Below are positions 48,175-57,941 of a stretch of DNA of 64,000 nucleotides, piece by piece. The position numbers and the translations under genes are program-made. The number at the start of each line of letters is the position of its first letter. Position 1 is the first letter of the stretch. The stretch is from an uncultured Nitrospiraceae bacterium (GTDB lineage: Bacteria; Nitrospirota; Nitrospiria; Nitrospirales; Nitrospiraceae): positions 1,120,001-1,184,000 of the forward strand of contig CAWJWJ010000002.1 of NCBI GenBank assembly GCA_963846575.1, given 5' to 3'. The notes under the pieces are model-generated. The model saw only the letters and a program-made list of their open reading frames with translations. It was not told the origin of the DNA and did not search any database.

Positions 48175-48500
48175 CGCGCCCTCCCGGGAACCGGTTTCCA
48201 AGCCCATCCATCGATGTGGGTATCGTCGACGCGTGAGGACGAATTCCTCCGCAGTGCCTCACGACCCCCACGTCGCTTCATTCGCTTTCTCTGTATGATG
48301 TACGACAATCCCCACAGGGCCACCACTAGGCAGGTCCCCTGGGATCAATCGTGGACAGGCTCTTCGAGCGACGAAAAATCTGTAGGAAACGCCGCGCCGA
48401 TTCGCTAGGGAGCCTCCTAGTGGCAAGACAGCGGATACTTTCATAGAGTCGCCCTAAGTAGAACATGCTGGATCGAATTCCGCACCGATGGAGGGTGGCC

Positions 48501-48965
48501 ATGAATGCAGTCGCGACTCAAACGTTCATTCCTGTGTGCTGTGTATGCGGACTCGCGAGAGATCACGAAGCAACCGGCGACGGCCCCGGGCGCGAGCAGT
48601 GGTCTGATTTCGATGACTATCTGACCCGTCATGGGCTTCATGGCGCGGACTATCGGCTGACCCATGCCTACTGCCCGATCTGTCTCCGCCAGTACGTGCC
48701 ATTGAAAAAGAAATCCGCCAGGGGCCGCGCGCCGTCGGGCCCAGGTGAAGCGGACCTCGCCACTGTGATTGCCCGGATCATTGCTGATACGGGAGAGTGC
48801 GATCTGGATACGCTCGTGCGGACCTGTCCGCAATTGACCTGGAATCAAATCTTCCTGGAGGTCGACCGCCTCAGCAGGGCGGGGGAAGTTTGTTTGACAT
48901 TGTCCGCTCCGGGTCACTATCGGGTGAGCCTGCCGGACCGGCAGATCCCTGCGTTGGCCGGATGA
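48501..48965 (+). CDS. hypothetical protein, Cys/His-rich N-domain plus HTH-like C-domain
   Basis: GGAGG RBS; VCCVC...THAYCPIC; TWNQIFLEVDRLSR. Confidence 0.7.
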   Translation: MNAVATQTFIPVCCVCGLARDHEATGDGPGREQWSDFDDYLTRHGLHGADYRLTHAYCPICLRQYVPLKKKSARGRAPSGPGEADLATVIARIIADTGECDLDTLVRTCPQLTWNQIFLEVDRLSRAGEVCLTLSAPGHYRVSLPDRQIPALAG

Positions 48966-49196
48966 CTTCCTCCCTGTAGGTGTCGGAGGGGGCATGCGCG
49001 CGCTGCAGGATGCCAAGGTGCTTTGATCGGACCGTTCCCCCGCACCATGACCCTGCCCGGTGGTGTGGCCGTGGTGCGATGACGGCTTTGTCAGTCACGT
49101 TTCTCCTCGCTAAAACTCCTTCCCCGTTCAGCAGCGTCCTCTCACGAAGCCGTGCAGGACGCCTGCGGCAGCCTGCGGACGAACCCGGAACCGGCG

Positions 49197-49237
49197 AACA
49201 TGAAACCCGGATGAAGTCCGGGTGAAGAACCTCTCAT
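49197..49237. promoter_or_regulatory. 41-bp box with three TGAA at 11-bp period (OmpR-type site)
   Basis: TGAA at 49201, 49212, 49223; 27/41 identical to reverse complement of 51529-51569. Confidence 0.65.
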
Positions 49238-49351
49238 CTAATGGGAAAAACCTGGCTTGTCCCTGGTAAGATCGTTACCTTGATCCGCCGGCTGGGGAGG
49301 TGCGCAGATGGGGCGCCTCCTCCTGCCGGCGTGATCGAAACGAGGAGCCGC

Positions 49352-50026
49352 ATGCGAATCCTAGTCATCGAGGACGACGCCGACCTGACCCACTTTCTCC
49401 GCAAGGGGCTACAAGAGGAACAGCACACGGTTGAGACCGCGGCAGACGGCGAGACGGGGCTGATCCTGGCCCTGGATCAGAGCTGGGATCTGCTGGTCAT
49501 CGACGTCATGTTGCCGAAGCTGGACGGACTGGCTTTGTGCCGGCGTCTGCGGGAGAAGGGGAACCGTACGGCGATTCTTCTGCTGACGGCCCGCGACACG
49601 GTCGAGGACAAGGTGGCCGGACTGGACGCCGGCGCAGACGACTACCTGACGAAGCCCTTCGCGTTTACGGAGCTGGTGGCGAGGATCAGAGCCGTGCTCC
49701 GGCGAGGCGGGCCGCTGGTCGGCAACCGCCTGAAGGTCAAAGACCTGGAGATGGATCCTGCCTCCCGGCGGGTGTGGCGCGCCGGGAAAGAGATCGTCCT
49801 GACCAGCAAGGAATTTGCCCTGCTGGAATACCTGTTGAGGAATCGCGATATCGTCCTGACCAGGACGGCGATCCTGGAGCGGGTCTGGGGCCTCAACTAC
49901 GATCCGATGACGAACGTCGTGGACGTGTACATTCGCTCGTTGCGAGTCAAAATCGACCGGGATTTCACCTCGCCCCTGATCGCCACCGTTCGTGGCGTGG
50001 GGTATAAGCTGGAGACCGGCGAGTGA
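49352..50026 (+). CDS. OmpR/CusR-family response regulator
   Basis: GAGGAG RBS; MRILVIEDD, DVMLP, GADDYLTKPF, TVRGVGY. Confidence 0.95.
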   Translation: MRILVIEDDADLTHFLRKGLQEEQHTVETAADGETGLILALDQSWDLLVIDVMLPKLDGLALCRRLREKGNRTAILLLTARDTVEDKVAGLDAGADDYLTKPFAFTELVARIRAVLRRGGPLVGNRLKVKDLEMDPASRRVWRAGKEIVLTSKEFALLEYLLRNRDIVLTRTAILERVWGLNYDPMTNVVDVYIRSLRVKIDRDFTSPLIATVRGVGYKLETGE

Positions 50027-51444
50027 GCAGCTTCCGCACCCACTTTCGCCTCTATACGGTGGCGCTCATCGCCGCCTTGCTCGGCCTGTTCAACGTGCTC
50101 GTCTATACCGGTTTCCATAGTCTCCTGCAGCAGTATGTGGATGGTCGGCTCTTAGGCTTTGCGGATACGCTGGCCGAGTTGATCGAGCGACGGCCGGCGT
50201 TGCTGACGCGTCCGGACCATGAGATCGTGGTGCCGACGAGGGGCACCCAGCTGCCCGACGAGCGGATGAAAGAACTGCGGGAGTTGTCGCATTCGGTCCA
50301 TGTCCTGGCGTTGGATGGGACTGTTGTATGGAAGGGAAGTGCGGTGCTGCCGAGACCGGCTGTGCACGGCAGCGTCCTGGAACGCGGTAAAAAGGGAGAG
50401 GTGGTCTACGAAACCATCGAGATCTCCACGGGCGCGCCGGTTCGGCAGGTCTTCGTGCCGATCCGGCAGCAGGATGAGGTGCAGTACCTGCTGCAAGCCG
50501 AGGAGTCTCTGGCATTCTTCCGGAGGACGCATCGGAGTCTCATGGGACTGCTCATGCTGGGGTCCGTAGGGGTCCTGGCCGCCTCCTGGTTCGGCAGCGG
50601 TTGGCTGGCCCGCAAGGTGCTTAGTCCTGTCGAGGTCTTGAGCCGGACCGCTGAAAGTATCTCCGAGGCCGCCTTGCGCTCCCGAGTCAATTTGAACGCA
50701 CCGTTCGAAGAGTTCGAATTGCTGGCCCAGGCGTTCAACGCGATGCTTGATCGAATCCAGAAATCCTCCGACGGCCAGCGCCGGTTCATGGATTATGCCG
50801 CGCATGAGATGAAGACCCCGTTGACCGTGATTCAGGGCAACCTCGAGGTGGCCTTACAGCGTTCGCGTTCGGCGGAGGAGTATCGCGATGTGCTGGTTTC
50901 CAACCTCTCACAGGTCCAGCGGCTGATCGTCCTGACGAGGTCGCTCTTGACCCTGGCCCGCTTCGCCGGCGACAGCCCGCCCGTAAAACTGGTGTCGCTT
51001 CCCCTTGCGCCGCTCCTGTGTGAGTTGATCGAGGATCTGACGCCGGTGGCCGAAGACCGGCGCATCCGGCTGGTTCTGGAGCAGGAACCGGTCAGGCCGG
51101 TGCTCGGCGATGCAGAGCGGTTGAACCAGGTGTTTATCAATCTGTTGGACAACGCGCTGCGGTACACGGGACTGGGAGGAACGGTGACGGTTCGTCTGAC
51201 CGGTTCCCACGACCAAGTGCAGGTGGCCGTGAATGATACGGGTGAAGGGATCGCCCGGGAGCACCTCCCGCTGCTCTTCGAGCGGTTTTACCGGACCGAT
51301 CCGGTACGAGCCGGGGACCTGTCGGGCCACGGCCTCGGGCTCCCGATCGTCAAGGAAATCGCCACGGCTCATCACGGATCTATTACAGTTGAAAGCGAGG
51401 TCGGCAAGGGCTCGACATTCACGTTGACCTTGCCCGCCGCCTGA
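50023..51444 (+). CDS. membrane sensor histidine kinase with HAMP domain
   Basis: Two TMs, HEMKTPL, NLLDNALRY, DTGEG, GLGLPI. Confidence 0.95.
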   Translation: MSSFRTHFRLYTVALIAALLGLFNVLVYTGFHSLLQQYVDGRLLGFADTLAELIERRPALLTRPDHEIVVPTRGTQLPDERMKELRELSHSVHVLALDGTVVWKGSAVLPRPAVHGSVLERGKKGEVVYETIEISTGAPVRQVFVPIRQQDEVQYLLQAEESLAFFRRTHRSLMGLLMLGSVGVLAASWFGSGWLARKVLSPVEVLSRTAESISEAALRSRVNLNAPFEEFELLAQAFNAMLDRIQKSSDGQRRFMDYAAHEMKTPLTVIQGNLEVALQRSRSAEEYRDVLVSNLSQVQRLIVLTRSLLTLARFAGDSPPVKLVSLPLAPLLCELIEDLTPVAEDRRIRLVLEQEPVRPVLGDAERLNQVFINLLDNALRYTGLGGTVTVRLTGSHDQVQVAVNDTGEGIAREHLPLLFERFYRTDPVRAGDLSGHGLGLPIVKEIATAHHGSITVESEVGKGSTFTLTLPAA

Positions 51445-51528
51445 ACGTCCCGCTCTACCCGATCCCTGCTCATCGTACGATCGACTGCGTCATCTCCCTC
51501 TCTTCCGGTGAATCTCCCCGGGTCCCAT

Positions 51529-51569
51529 ATGAACGATTCTTCATGTGCCTTTCACCACCGGTTCATGTT
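51529..51569. promoter_or_regulatory. second 41-bp box, followed by TATAGT -10
   Basis: TTCA at 51540, 51551, 51562. Confidence 0.65.
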
Positions 51570-51643
51570 GCCTGGTTATAGTGTGATCAGGACGGGCGCA
51601 TCAGGACGATCCCGCCGCGAATAGAGTTCTAAAAGGTGACGGA

Positions 51644-51754
51644 ATGAAGCATCGACGAGCCATGGTACCGGCCACGCTTCTGCTGTGGTTGATCATGTTG
51701 GCAATGGGAGTCATGGTTTTCTGGGGGTTGTCCCTGCTGGATCTCTCCGAATAG
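51644..51754 (+). CDS. 36-aa single-TM peptide missing from the ORF track
   Basis: AAGGTG RBS; MKHRRAMVPATLLLWLIMLAMGVMVFWGLSLLDLSE. Confidence 0.45.
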   Translation: MKHRRAMVPATLLLWLIMLAMGVMVFWGLSLLDLSE

Positions 51755-51846
51755 GGAGCGGATTCCGTCGCGACGCAGGGAGCGCGAAGGACGGGGGCGT
51801 GACATGTTGACGCTGTCGGAGAGAGGGCAAGTACAGGAGTACCGGT

Positions 51847-52263
51847 ATGAATCGTCGCGATATCTCTATCACCGAACTCGATCTCACTCGTCTGAGAGAT
51901 GTATTGGCTGCTCGCCTCAAGGGCGCGGCGCGGGATCGCGAGCATCTCAATCACTTGGCGTATGAGCTCGATCACGCGCATGTCGTCGCCCCTTCCGCCA
52001 TTCCTCATGATGTGGTCACGATGAATTCCAAGGTCCGGATCGAAGACGTGGAGACAGGCCTGGAGACCACCTATACCCTGGTCTTCCCCTCTGAGGCCCG
52101 GATCCCGGACAGGAAACTCTCGGTCCTCGCTCCGATCGGAACCGCCTTGCTGGGGAGCAGAGCAGGACGGACTGTCGACTGGCCGGCACCGGCCGGCCTG
52201 CGTACCGTCCTGGTCAAGGAAGTGCTCTATCAGCCGGAGGCCGCGGGCGATTACCATCTCTAG
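51847..52263 (+). CDS. rnk: nucleoside diphosphate kinase regulator (GreA/GreB-like)
   Basis: ITELDLTRL, DVVTMNSKV, SVLAPIGTALLG, YQPEAAG. Confidence 0.92.
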   Translation: MNRRDISITELDLTRLRDVLAARLKGAARDREHLNHLAYELDHAHVVAPSAIPHDVVTMNSKVRIEDVETGLETTYTLVFPSEARIPDRKLSVLAPIGTALLGSRAGRTVDWPAPAGLRTVLVKEVLYQPEAAGDYHL

Positions 52264-52666
52264 GGTATAGGTCGCTGCCGGCAGCCTATCCATGTCTCCC
52301 GGCCATAACCTTGTTCTGCCGGGCGAGGGTGCCGCAGGCCTTCCCACTTCTCCACCCGTTCCCCGTTGCATGCATTGTCGTTGCCGGCTCTCGTGACGCG
52401 CCCGGTCATAGTGCGGTCTTCTGCCACCATGGCCGTCAGACACTGTGGCTAATTGTCCCTGTCGTTCCCTGTGAGCAACTCAACCGCAGTAAAAACGCGA
52501 CATTTCGGACCGGTCCGGGCAGAGCCGGTAGGGCACTGCTCTTGCTGCCGTGGATCTCTAGTGGCTCCGCTGTGGAACGCCGCGTGCGTGGATCGAGGTG
52601 GAAGGTAACGGGGAGCGGCAGGGGCGCGATCATTCGTCCGGCCGGGAGAAAGAGACGGGATATCTC

Positions 52667-52891
52667 ATGAAGGGCGAGGGCTGGTTCGCCGCATTTCTCC
52701 GTGAAGTGATCAGTATGCCGCGCCGGCATGTACTGGTGTTTCTCCTCGCGACCTTTTTGCTGGTTGTCGTGGAAGTCGAGCTGGTCGAAGGGTGGCATCT
52801 CATTCATCTGGCGGAACTCGTGGGCGCGATGGTCTTTCTCTATCTCCTCGCTGCGGCCTGGCGTACCCGCGGCAGTCAGATGAGCGGGTGA
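52667..52891 (+). CDS. small two-TM membrane protein
   Basis: Two hydrophobic segments; weak RBS. Confidence 0.5.
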   Translation: MKGEGWFAAFLREVISMPRRHVLVFLLATFLLVVVEVELVEGWHLIHLAELVGAMVFLYLLAAAWRTRGSQMSG

Positions 52892-53002
52892 TCAGATGTG
52901 GGTTGTGCCCCGATCTCCCGGTTCAAGGGAAGGGTACATGGCCCGAACGGCTAAACGGAATGTTGCCGGGACAGTTGAAGCGAGACCTAAAATACCATTT
53001 CA

Positions 53003-54151
53003 ATGGCCAAGTCAACTAACGGGCACAGCGACAGATTACCTAAAGCATCACTTCAACACCTGATCGATGTCCTGTGTGCGAAGGGATATCGTGTGGTGGG
53101 CCCGGTCCCGCGGGATGGGGCGGTGCTGTGGGACACCATCAGGACGGTCTCGGACCTGCCCGTCGGCTGGCGCGATGAGCAGGAGCCCGGCCGTTACCGC
53201 CTGGAGCAGACCGACGCGACGCGTGTCTTCGGTGTCGTGCACGGGCCGCAATCTCTGAAGCCGCTGACGTTTGCTCCGCGGGAACCGTTGCTCGTGATCG
53301 AGCGCAGGAATGGACAGGTCTCGGCTCAGCCGACCCTGCCGAAGGAGGAGCAGGTGGCGGTCCTCGGCGCGCGGGCCTGCGATCTGGCCGGGCTCGCAAT
53401 ACAGGACGACATCTTTTTACACGACGCCTATCGGGATCCCTACTATCAGGCGCGCCGCGACGGGCTGTTTCTGATCGGGGTGAACTGCACGCGCGCGCTC
53501 AGTACCTGTTTTTGTGCCTCGCTGAACAGCGGTCCCCGTGTGCGTGCGGGTTTTGATCTGGCCCTGACCGAAATGGATGACCTGTTTCTCGTGGAGGGAG
53601 GGAGCGAGGCGGGCATGGAGATCCTCCGCGCGTTGTCGCTCGAGCCGGCATCGGCCGCGCAGGTCCGTGAAGCCGACGCGCAGATCGAGGCATGCGCCGG
53701 CAGCCAGGCGCGGCGATTGGACCAATCCGCGCTCCCGCAGGCGCTCTATGAGGCGCACGAACATCCCCGGTGGGACGACGTCGCGGCCCGGTGCCTCGCC
53801 TGCGGGAACTGCACGATGGTCTGCCCGACCTGTTTCTGCCACGCCGTGGAGGAGGTGCCGGATCTGACGCAACGACGTACTGAGCACAGCCGGGTCTGGG
53901 ATTCCTGTTTCACGCGGGAGCACGGGTACATTCACGGCAAAAATATCCGTCCGACGATCAAGGACCGCTATCGCATGTGGCTCACGCACAAGCTGGCGTC
54001 GTGGATCGATCAGTTCGGGACCTCCGGCTGCACCGGCTGCGGGCGCTGCATCACCTGGTGCCCGGTCGGGATCGATTTGACCGAGGAACTGCCGGCTCTG
54101 TTGACGCTGAAGCCCCCGGCCCCTGCCGGGGAGAGGCCGGGCCGGGCATGA
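53003..54151 (+). CDS. hydB: group 3b [NiFe] hydrogenase beta (Fe-S) subunit
   Basis: [33 protein letters not shown]. Confidence 0.9.
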   Translation: MAKSTNGHSDRLPKASLQHLIDVLCAKGYRVVGPVPRDGAVLWDTIRTVSDLPVGWRDEQEPGRYRLEQTDATRVFGVVHGPQSLKPLTFAPREPLLVIERRNGQVSAQPTLPKEEQVAVLGARACDLAGLAIQDDIFLHDAYRDPYYQARRDGLFLIGVNCTRALSTCFCASLNSGPRVRAGFDLALTEMDDLFLVEGGSEAGMEILRALSLEPASAAQVREADAQIEACAGSQARRLDQSALPQALYEAHEHPRWDDVAARCLACGNCTMVCPTCFCHAVEEVPDLTQRRTEHSRVWDSCFTREHGYIHGKNIRPTIKDRYRMWLTHKLASWIDQFGTSGCTGCGRCITWCPVGIDLTEELPALLTLKPPAPAGERPGRA

Positions 54152-54227
54152 CACATCCGGCCGGGATCGTCCGGCGGCGGGAGGGAACCTCGCCGCTGAT
54201 GAGGTCCGGTGCCCGGGATAGGGAGGC

Positions 54228-55094
54228 ATGATGTCCGTCTTGCCGGTTGCCGACAGGCCCCGGGACAATCCCTACCTCATCCAGACCGCTACGATCGTGG
54301 GGAAGGTCCGGGAAGCCGAGAGTATCGACACCTATCGCTTGCGTTTCGTCGATGAGCGGGTCCGGCGAACCTACCGGTTCGCGGCCGGCCAGTTCAACAT
54401 GGTGTATCTCTTCGGCGTCGGCGAGGTGGCGATCTCCATCGTATCGGACCCGGACGAGCCGGAGTCGCTGGACCACACCATCCGCGTGGTCGGACGGGTG
54501 ACGCAGGCCATCGCCCGGTTGCAGGCCGGCGATCAACTCGGCATCCGCGGGCCGTTCGGGCAGGGGTGGCCGCTCGATGAGGCGCAGGGCAAGGATGTGG
54601 TGATCGTGACCGGCGGACTGGGCTGCGCGCCGGTCGTCGGCGCCATCGAATATATCTTCCGCCGGCGAGGGCACTATGGAACCGTGAAGATCCTGCACGG
54701 GGTCAAGACTCCGCACGACCTGCTGTTTCGCGAACGGTTCGATGCCTGGCGGCGGCACCCGGATACCGAGGTGCTGTTGACCAGCGACCAGCCCGACAAG
54801 ACCTGGCACTATCACGTCGGCGTCGTAACGGAACTCTTCGAGCAGGTCGCGGTGAATCCGGCAGGCACCATGGTGCTGATGTGCGGACCGGAGATCATGA
54901 TGCGCCTGGGGGTGCCGATTCTGATTCAACGGGGCATCCCGGAGACCGCGATCTACGTGTCGCTCGAGCGGCATATGGAATGCGGGATCGGCCTCTGCGG
55001 CCATTGCCAACTGGGGCCCTACTTTCTCTGCAAAGACGGCCCGGTCATGCGGTATGACCGGGTGATGCCATGGTTGGGCAAAGCGGGGGTCTGA
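54228..55094 (+). CDS. hydG: group 3b hydrogenase gamma (FAD/NAD(P)-binding) subunit
   Basis: [33 protein letters not shown]...CKDGP. Confidence 0.9.
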   Translation: MMSVLPVADRPRDNPYLIQTATIVGKVREAESIDTYRLRFVDERVRRTYRFAAGQFNMVYLFGVGEVAISIVSDPDEPESLDHTIRVVGRVTQAIARLQAGDQLGIRGPFGQGWPLDEAQGKDVVIVTGGLGCAPVVGAIEYIFRRRGHYGTVKILHGVKTPHDLLFRERFDAWRRHPDTEVLLTSDQPDKTWHYHVGVVTELFEQVAVNPAGTMVLMCGPEIMMRLGVPILIQRGIPETAIYVSLERHMECGIGLCGHCQLGPYFLCKDGPVMRYDRVMPWLGKAGV

Positions 55095-55114
55095 AGCGAG
55101 GGAGGCCGATCAGG

Positions 55115-55963
55115 ATGGACGATCGTCTCGACCAGCATGGCATGGATGCGAATCAGCCGACGCGGCCCAGGCTCGGCGTCTTCAAATTCGCCTCCTGCGA
55201 CGGCTGCCAGCTCAGTATTCTGAACCTCGAAGACGATCTGCTCGCCCTGGGGAAAATGTTGGACATCGCCTACTTCCCCGAAGCTTCCAGCCGCATGAAA
55301 GAGGGGCCCTACGACATCGCGCTGGTGGAAGGTTCCATCACGACGCCGGAGGATGCGCATCGGATTCTGTCCGTGCGGAAACAAGCCACCTTTCTGATGA
55401 CGATCGGCGCCTGCGCCACGGCGGGCGGGATTCAAGCTTTGCGCAACTGGACGGATGTCGAAGCCTTCAAGCGGGTCGTGTATCCGAGTCCTCAGTATAT
55501 CCGGAGCCTCAGCCTGTCGACGCCCATCTCGGAACATGTGCGGGTGGACTTCGAACTGTGGGGCTGTCCCGTCGACAAAACACAATTGCTGAGGGTGATC
55601 ACCGATCTGTTGGCCGGAGTCGCCCCGCGCCTGCCGACGGAGAGTCTCTGCATCGATTGTAAACGCCGGGGGAACGTTTGCGTGATGGTCGCCAGGGGGA
55701 TTCCCTGTCTCGGGCCGGTGACGCGGACCGGGTGCGGCGCGATCTGCCCCGCCATGGGCAGGGACTGTTACGGCTGTTTCGGGCCGGCGGAGGGACCGCA
55801 TGGGGGTCTCGGACTGCCCCCCAACACGGCCTCATTGGCCGGTCGGTTCCATCGGGGTCTTCAGCTCATTCCGACCGAGGTCCTGCGCCGGTTTCGCGGG
55901 ATCAACGGCTCCGTCAGACCGTTTCGCGAGGAGAGTCGGGCCTGGGACCGTGACGAGGGATGA
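55115..55963 (+). CDS. hydD: group 3b hydrogenase small (delta) subunit
   Basis: FASCDGCQL, VEGSI, IGACATAGG, GCP, CLGPVT, CYGCFGP. Confidence 0.9.
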   Translation: MDDRLDQHGMDANQPTRPRLGVFKFASCDGCQLSILNLEDDLLALGKMLDIAYFPEASSRMKEGPYDIALVEGSITTPEDAHRILSVRKQATFLMTIGACATAGGIQALRNWTDVEAFKRVVYPSPQYIRSLSLSTPISEHVRVDFELWGCPVDKTQLLRVITDLLAGVAPRLPTESLCIDCKRRGNVCVMVARGIPCLGPVTRTGCGAICPAMGRDCYGCFGPAEGPHGGLGLPPNTASLAGRFHRGLQLIPTEVLRRFRGINGSVRPFREESRAWDRDEG

Positions 55964-56005
55964 TGCGCGTGATCAGATCCGAACAACTCATGGAGCCTGT
56001 CCGTC

Positions 56006-57313
56006 ATGAGTGACTCACAGCAGAGCGGCACCAGAACTATCGCGGTCGATATCCTGGCGCGGGTCGAGGGTGAAGGCGCCCTCCGGGCTACCGTAAAAGA
56101 CGGTGTCGTACAGGACGTCGAGCTGAAGATCTTCGAGCCGCCGCGTTTCTTTGAGGCGTTCTTGCAGGGGCGGCATTATGACGAGGTGCCGGATATCGTC
56201 GCGCGTATTTGCGGCATCTGCCCCGTGGCGTACCAGATGAGCGCCGTCCACGCATTGGAGCAGATCTTCGGGGTGAGGCTGGAGGGGGCGTTGCGCGATC
56301 TGCGGCGGTTGCTGTACTGCGGCGAATGGATCGAAAGCCACACGCTCCACATCTATATGCTCCATGCACCGGACTTTCTCGGTTATGCCGGCGCCATCGC
56401 GATGGCCAAGGACCATGCGGAGGTCGTGACGCGCGGGCTGCGGCTCAAGAAAGCCGGCAATGCCCTGATGACCCTGTTGGGCGGCCGTTCCGTGCATCCG
56501 GTCTCGGTCAAGGTCGGCGGGTTTTCACGCGTGCCGTTGCGCCGGGAACTGGAGGCGCTGAAAGACGAATTCCTCTGGGCGCGTGATGCGGCGGTAGAGA
56601 CCGTCCGCTGGGCAGGGGGGTTCGACTATCCGGATTTTTCACAGAACTATGTCTTCGTCGCCCTGCATCCTCCGGATGAGTATCCGTTCAATGAAGGCCC
56701 GATCCTGTCCAGTGGCGGCCTGAAGATTACGGCTGTGGAGTTCGAGCAACACTTCAAGGAGGAGCAGGCGCCCTATTCCACCGCGCTGCAATGCAGGCTC
56801 AACGGAAGCAGTTATCTGGTGGGGCCGTTGGCGCGGGTCAACCTCAACCACCACCACTTGTCGCCGCTGGCGAAGCAGGTCCTGACAGACACCGGGTTGG
56901 CGTTCCCCCTGGGCAACCCCTTTCATGCGGTGATCGCCCGGTCGCTTGAAGTGCTGTACGCGATCGAGGAGACGCTGCGGATCATCGAGAGTTATGAGCC
57001 GCCGCCGTTCCCATCGGTGCCCGTGGTTGTTCGCTCCGGTGTGGGCATGGCCTGTACGGAAGCGCCGCGAGGACTCCTCTATCACCGGTATCGGGTGGAG
57101 GGTGACGGCGTGATCCGCGACGCGACGATCGTGGCGCCCACCTCGCAGAATCAGCGGCGGATCGAAGATGATCTGCGTGCCTATCTGCCCCGGGTCCTGG
57201 ATCTCTCGAACGAGGAGGCGGCGCTGGGATGTGAAAAGGTCATCCGCTGTTACGACCCCTGCATCTCCTGCGCGACGCATTTCCTGCGCCTGGACATCCG
57301 GCGTGAGGAATGA
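56006..57313 (+). CDS. hydA: group 3b [NiFe] hydrogenase large (alpha) subunit
   Basis: RVEGEG, L1 RICGIC, L2 DPCISCATH plus cleavable C-terminal tail. Confidence 0.95.
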   Translation: MSDSQQSGTRTIAVDILARVEGEGALRATVKDGVVQDVELKIFEPPRFFEAFLQGRHYDEVPDIVARICGICPVAYQMSAVHALEQIFGVRLEGALRDLRRLLYCGEWIESHTLHIYMLHAPDFLGYAGAIAMAKDHAEVVTRGLRLKKAGNALMTLLGGRSVHPVSVKVGGFSRVPLRRELEALKDEFLWARDAAVETVRWAGGFDYPDFSQNYVFVALHPPDEYPFNEGPILSSGGLKITAVEFEQHFKEEQAPYSTALQCRLNGSSYLVGPLARVNLNHHHLSPLAKQVLTDTGLAFPLGNPFHAVIARSLEVLYAIEETLRIIESYEPPPFPSVPVVVRSGVGMACTEAPRGLLYHRYRVEGDGVIRDATIVAPTSQNQRRIEDDLRAYLPRVLDLSNEEAALGCEKVIRCYDPCISCATHFLRLDIRREE

Positions 57314-57316
57314 GGC

Positions 57317-57814
57317 GTGACAGGATCCGGCAGAGGACTGTCCGCGCGCATCATCGGCATCGGCAATCTGTTCCGAAGCGATGACGCGGCCGGGTTGCTC
57401 GCTGCGCGGCGATTGAAAGACCTGGTAGGCGATCGGGCTGAAGTCATGGAGGCGGATCCGGGCGGACTCGACCTGCTTGATTTGATGGCAGATGCTTCAA
57501 CCCTCATCCTGATCGACGCGGCGAGGAGCGGCCGGCCGCCCGGAACCATCCAACGTCTCGATGCGTCCGCCGGTCCCGTGTCCGGAGGCCTGTTCCCGCA
57601 TTCGTCGCATGCCTTCACTGCCCTGGACGCGATCGAGTTGGGCCGCACCCTCGGTCTGCTTCCGCCTCGCGTGATCGTCTTTGGAGTAGAGGTCGGCGAC
57701 ACGGGGACCGGTCTGGCACTGTCACCGGGGGGCCGGCTTGGATTGGATCGGGTCGTCGAGGAGGTTCTGCGTGAGGTGGAGGGGCCGGCCTGCCCGGATG
57801 GCCCCGAGGGTTGA
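57317..57814 (+). CDS. hydrogenase maturation protease
   Basis: IGIGNLFRSDDAAG, LIDA, SSH. Confidence 0.9.
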   Translation: MTGSGRGLSARIIGIGNLFRSDDAAGLLAARRLKDLVGDRAEVMEADPGGLDLLDLMADASTLILIDAARSGRPPGTIQRLDASAGPVSGGLFPHSSHAFTALDAIELGRTLGLLPPRVIVFGVEVGDTGTGLALSPGGRLGLDRVVEEVLREVEGPACPDGPEG

Positions 57815-57941
57815 AGCGGCGAGGTTCGAGGTCGCGTGTGATCGGCCTCGTGTGCCGCCCCGGCGGCGGACCGATGCTGCAAGGCAGCGTACGGGTGGTC
57901 CGGATCGCCGGCCGGTCTTCGCCCGTTCGAAGGAGGATGGC

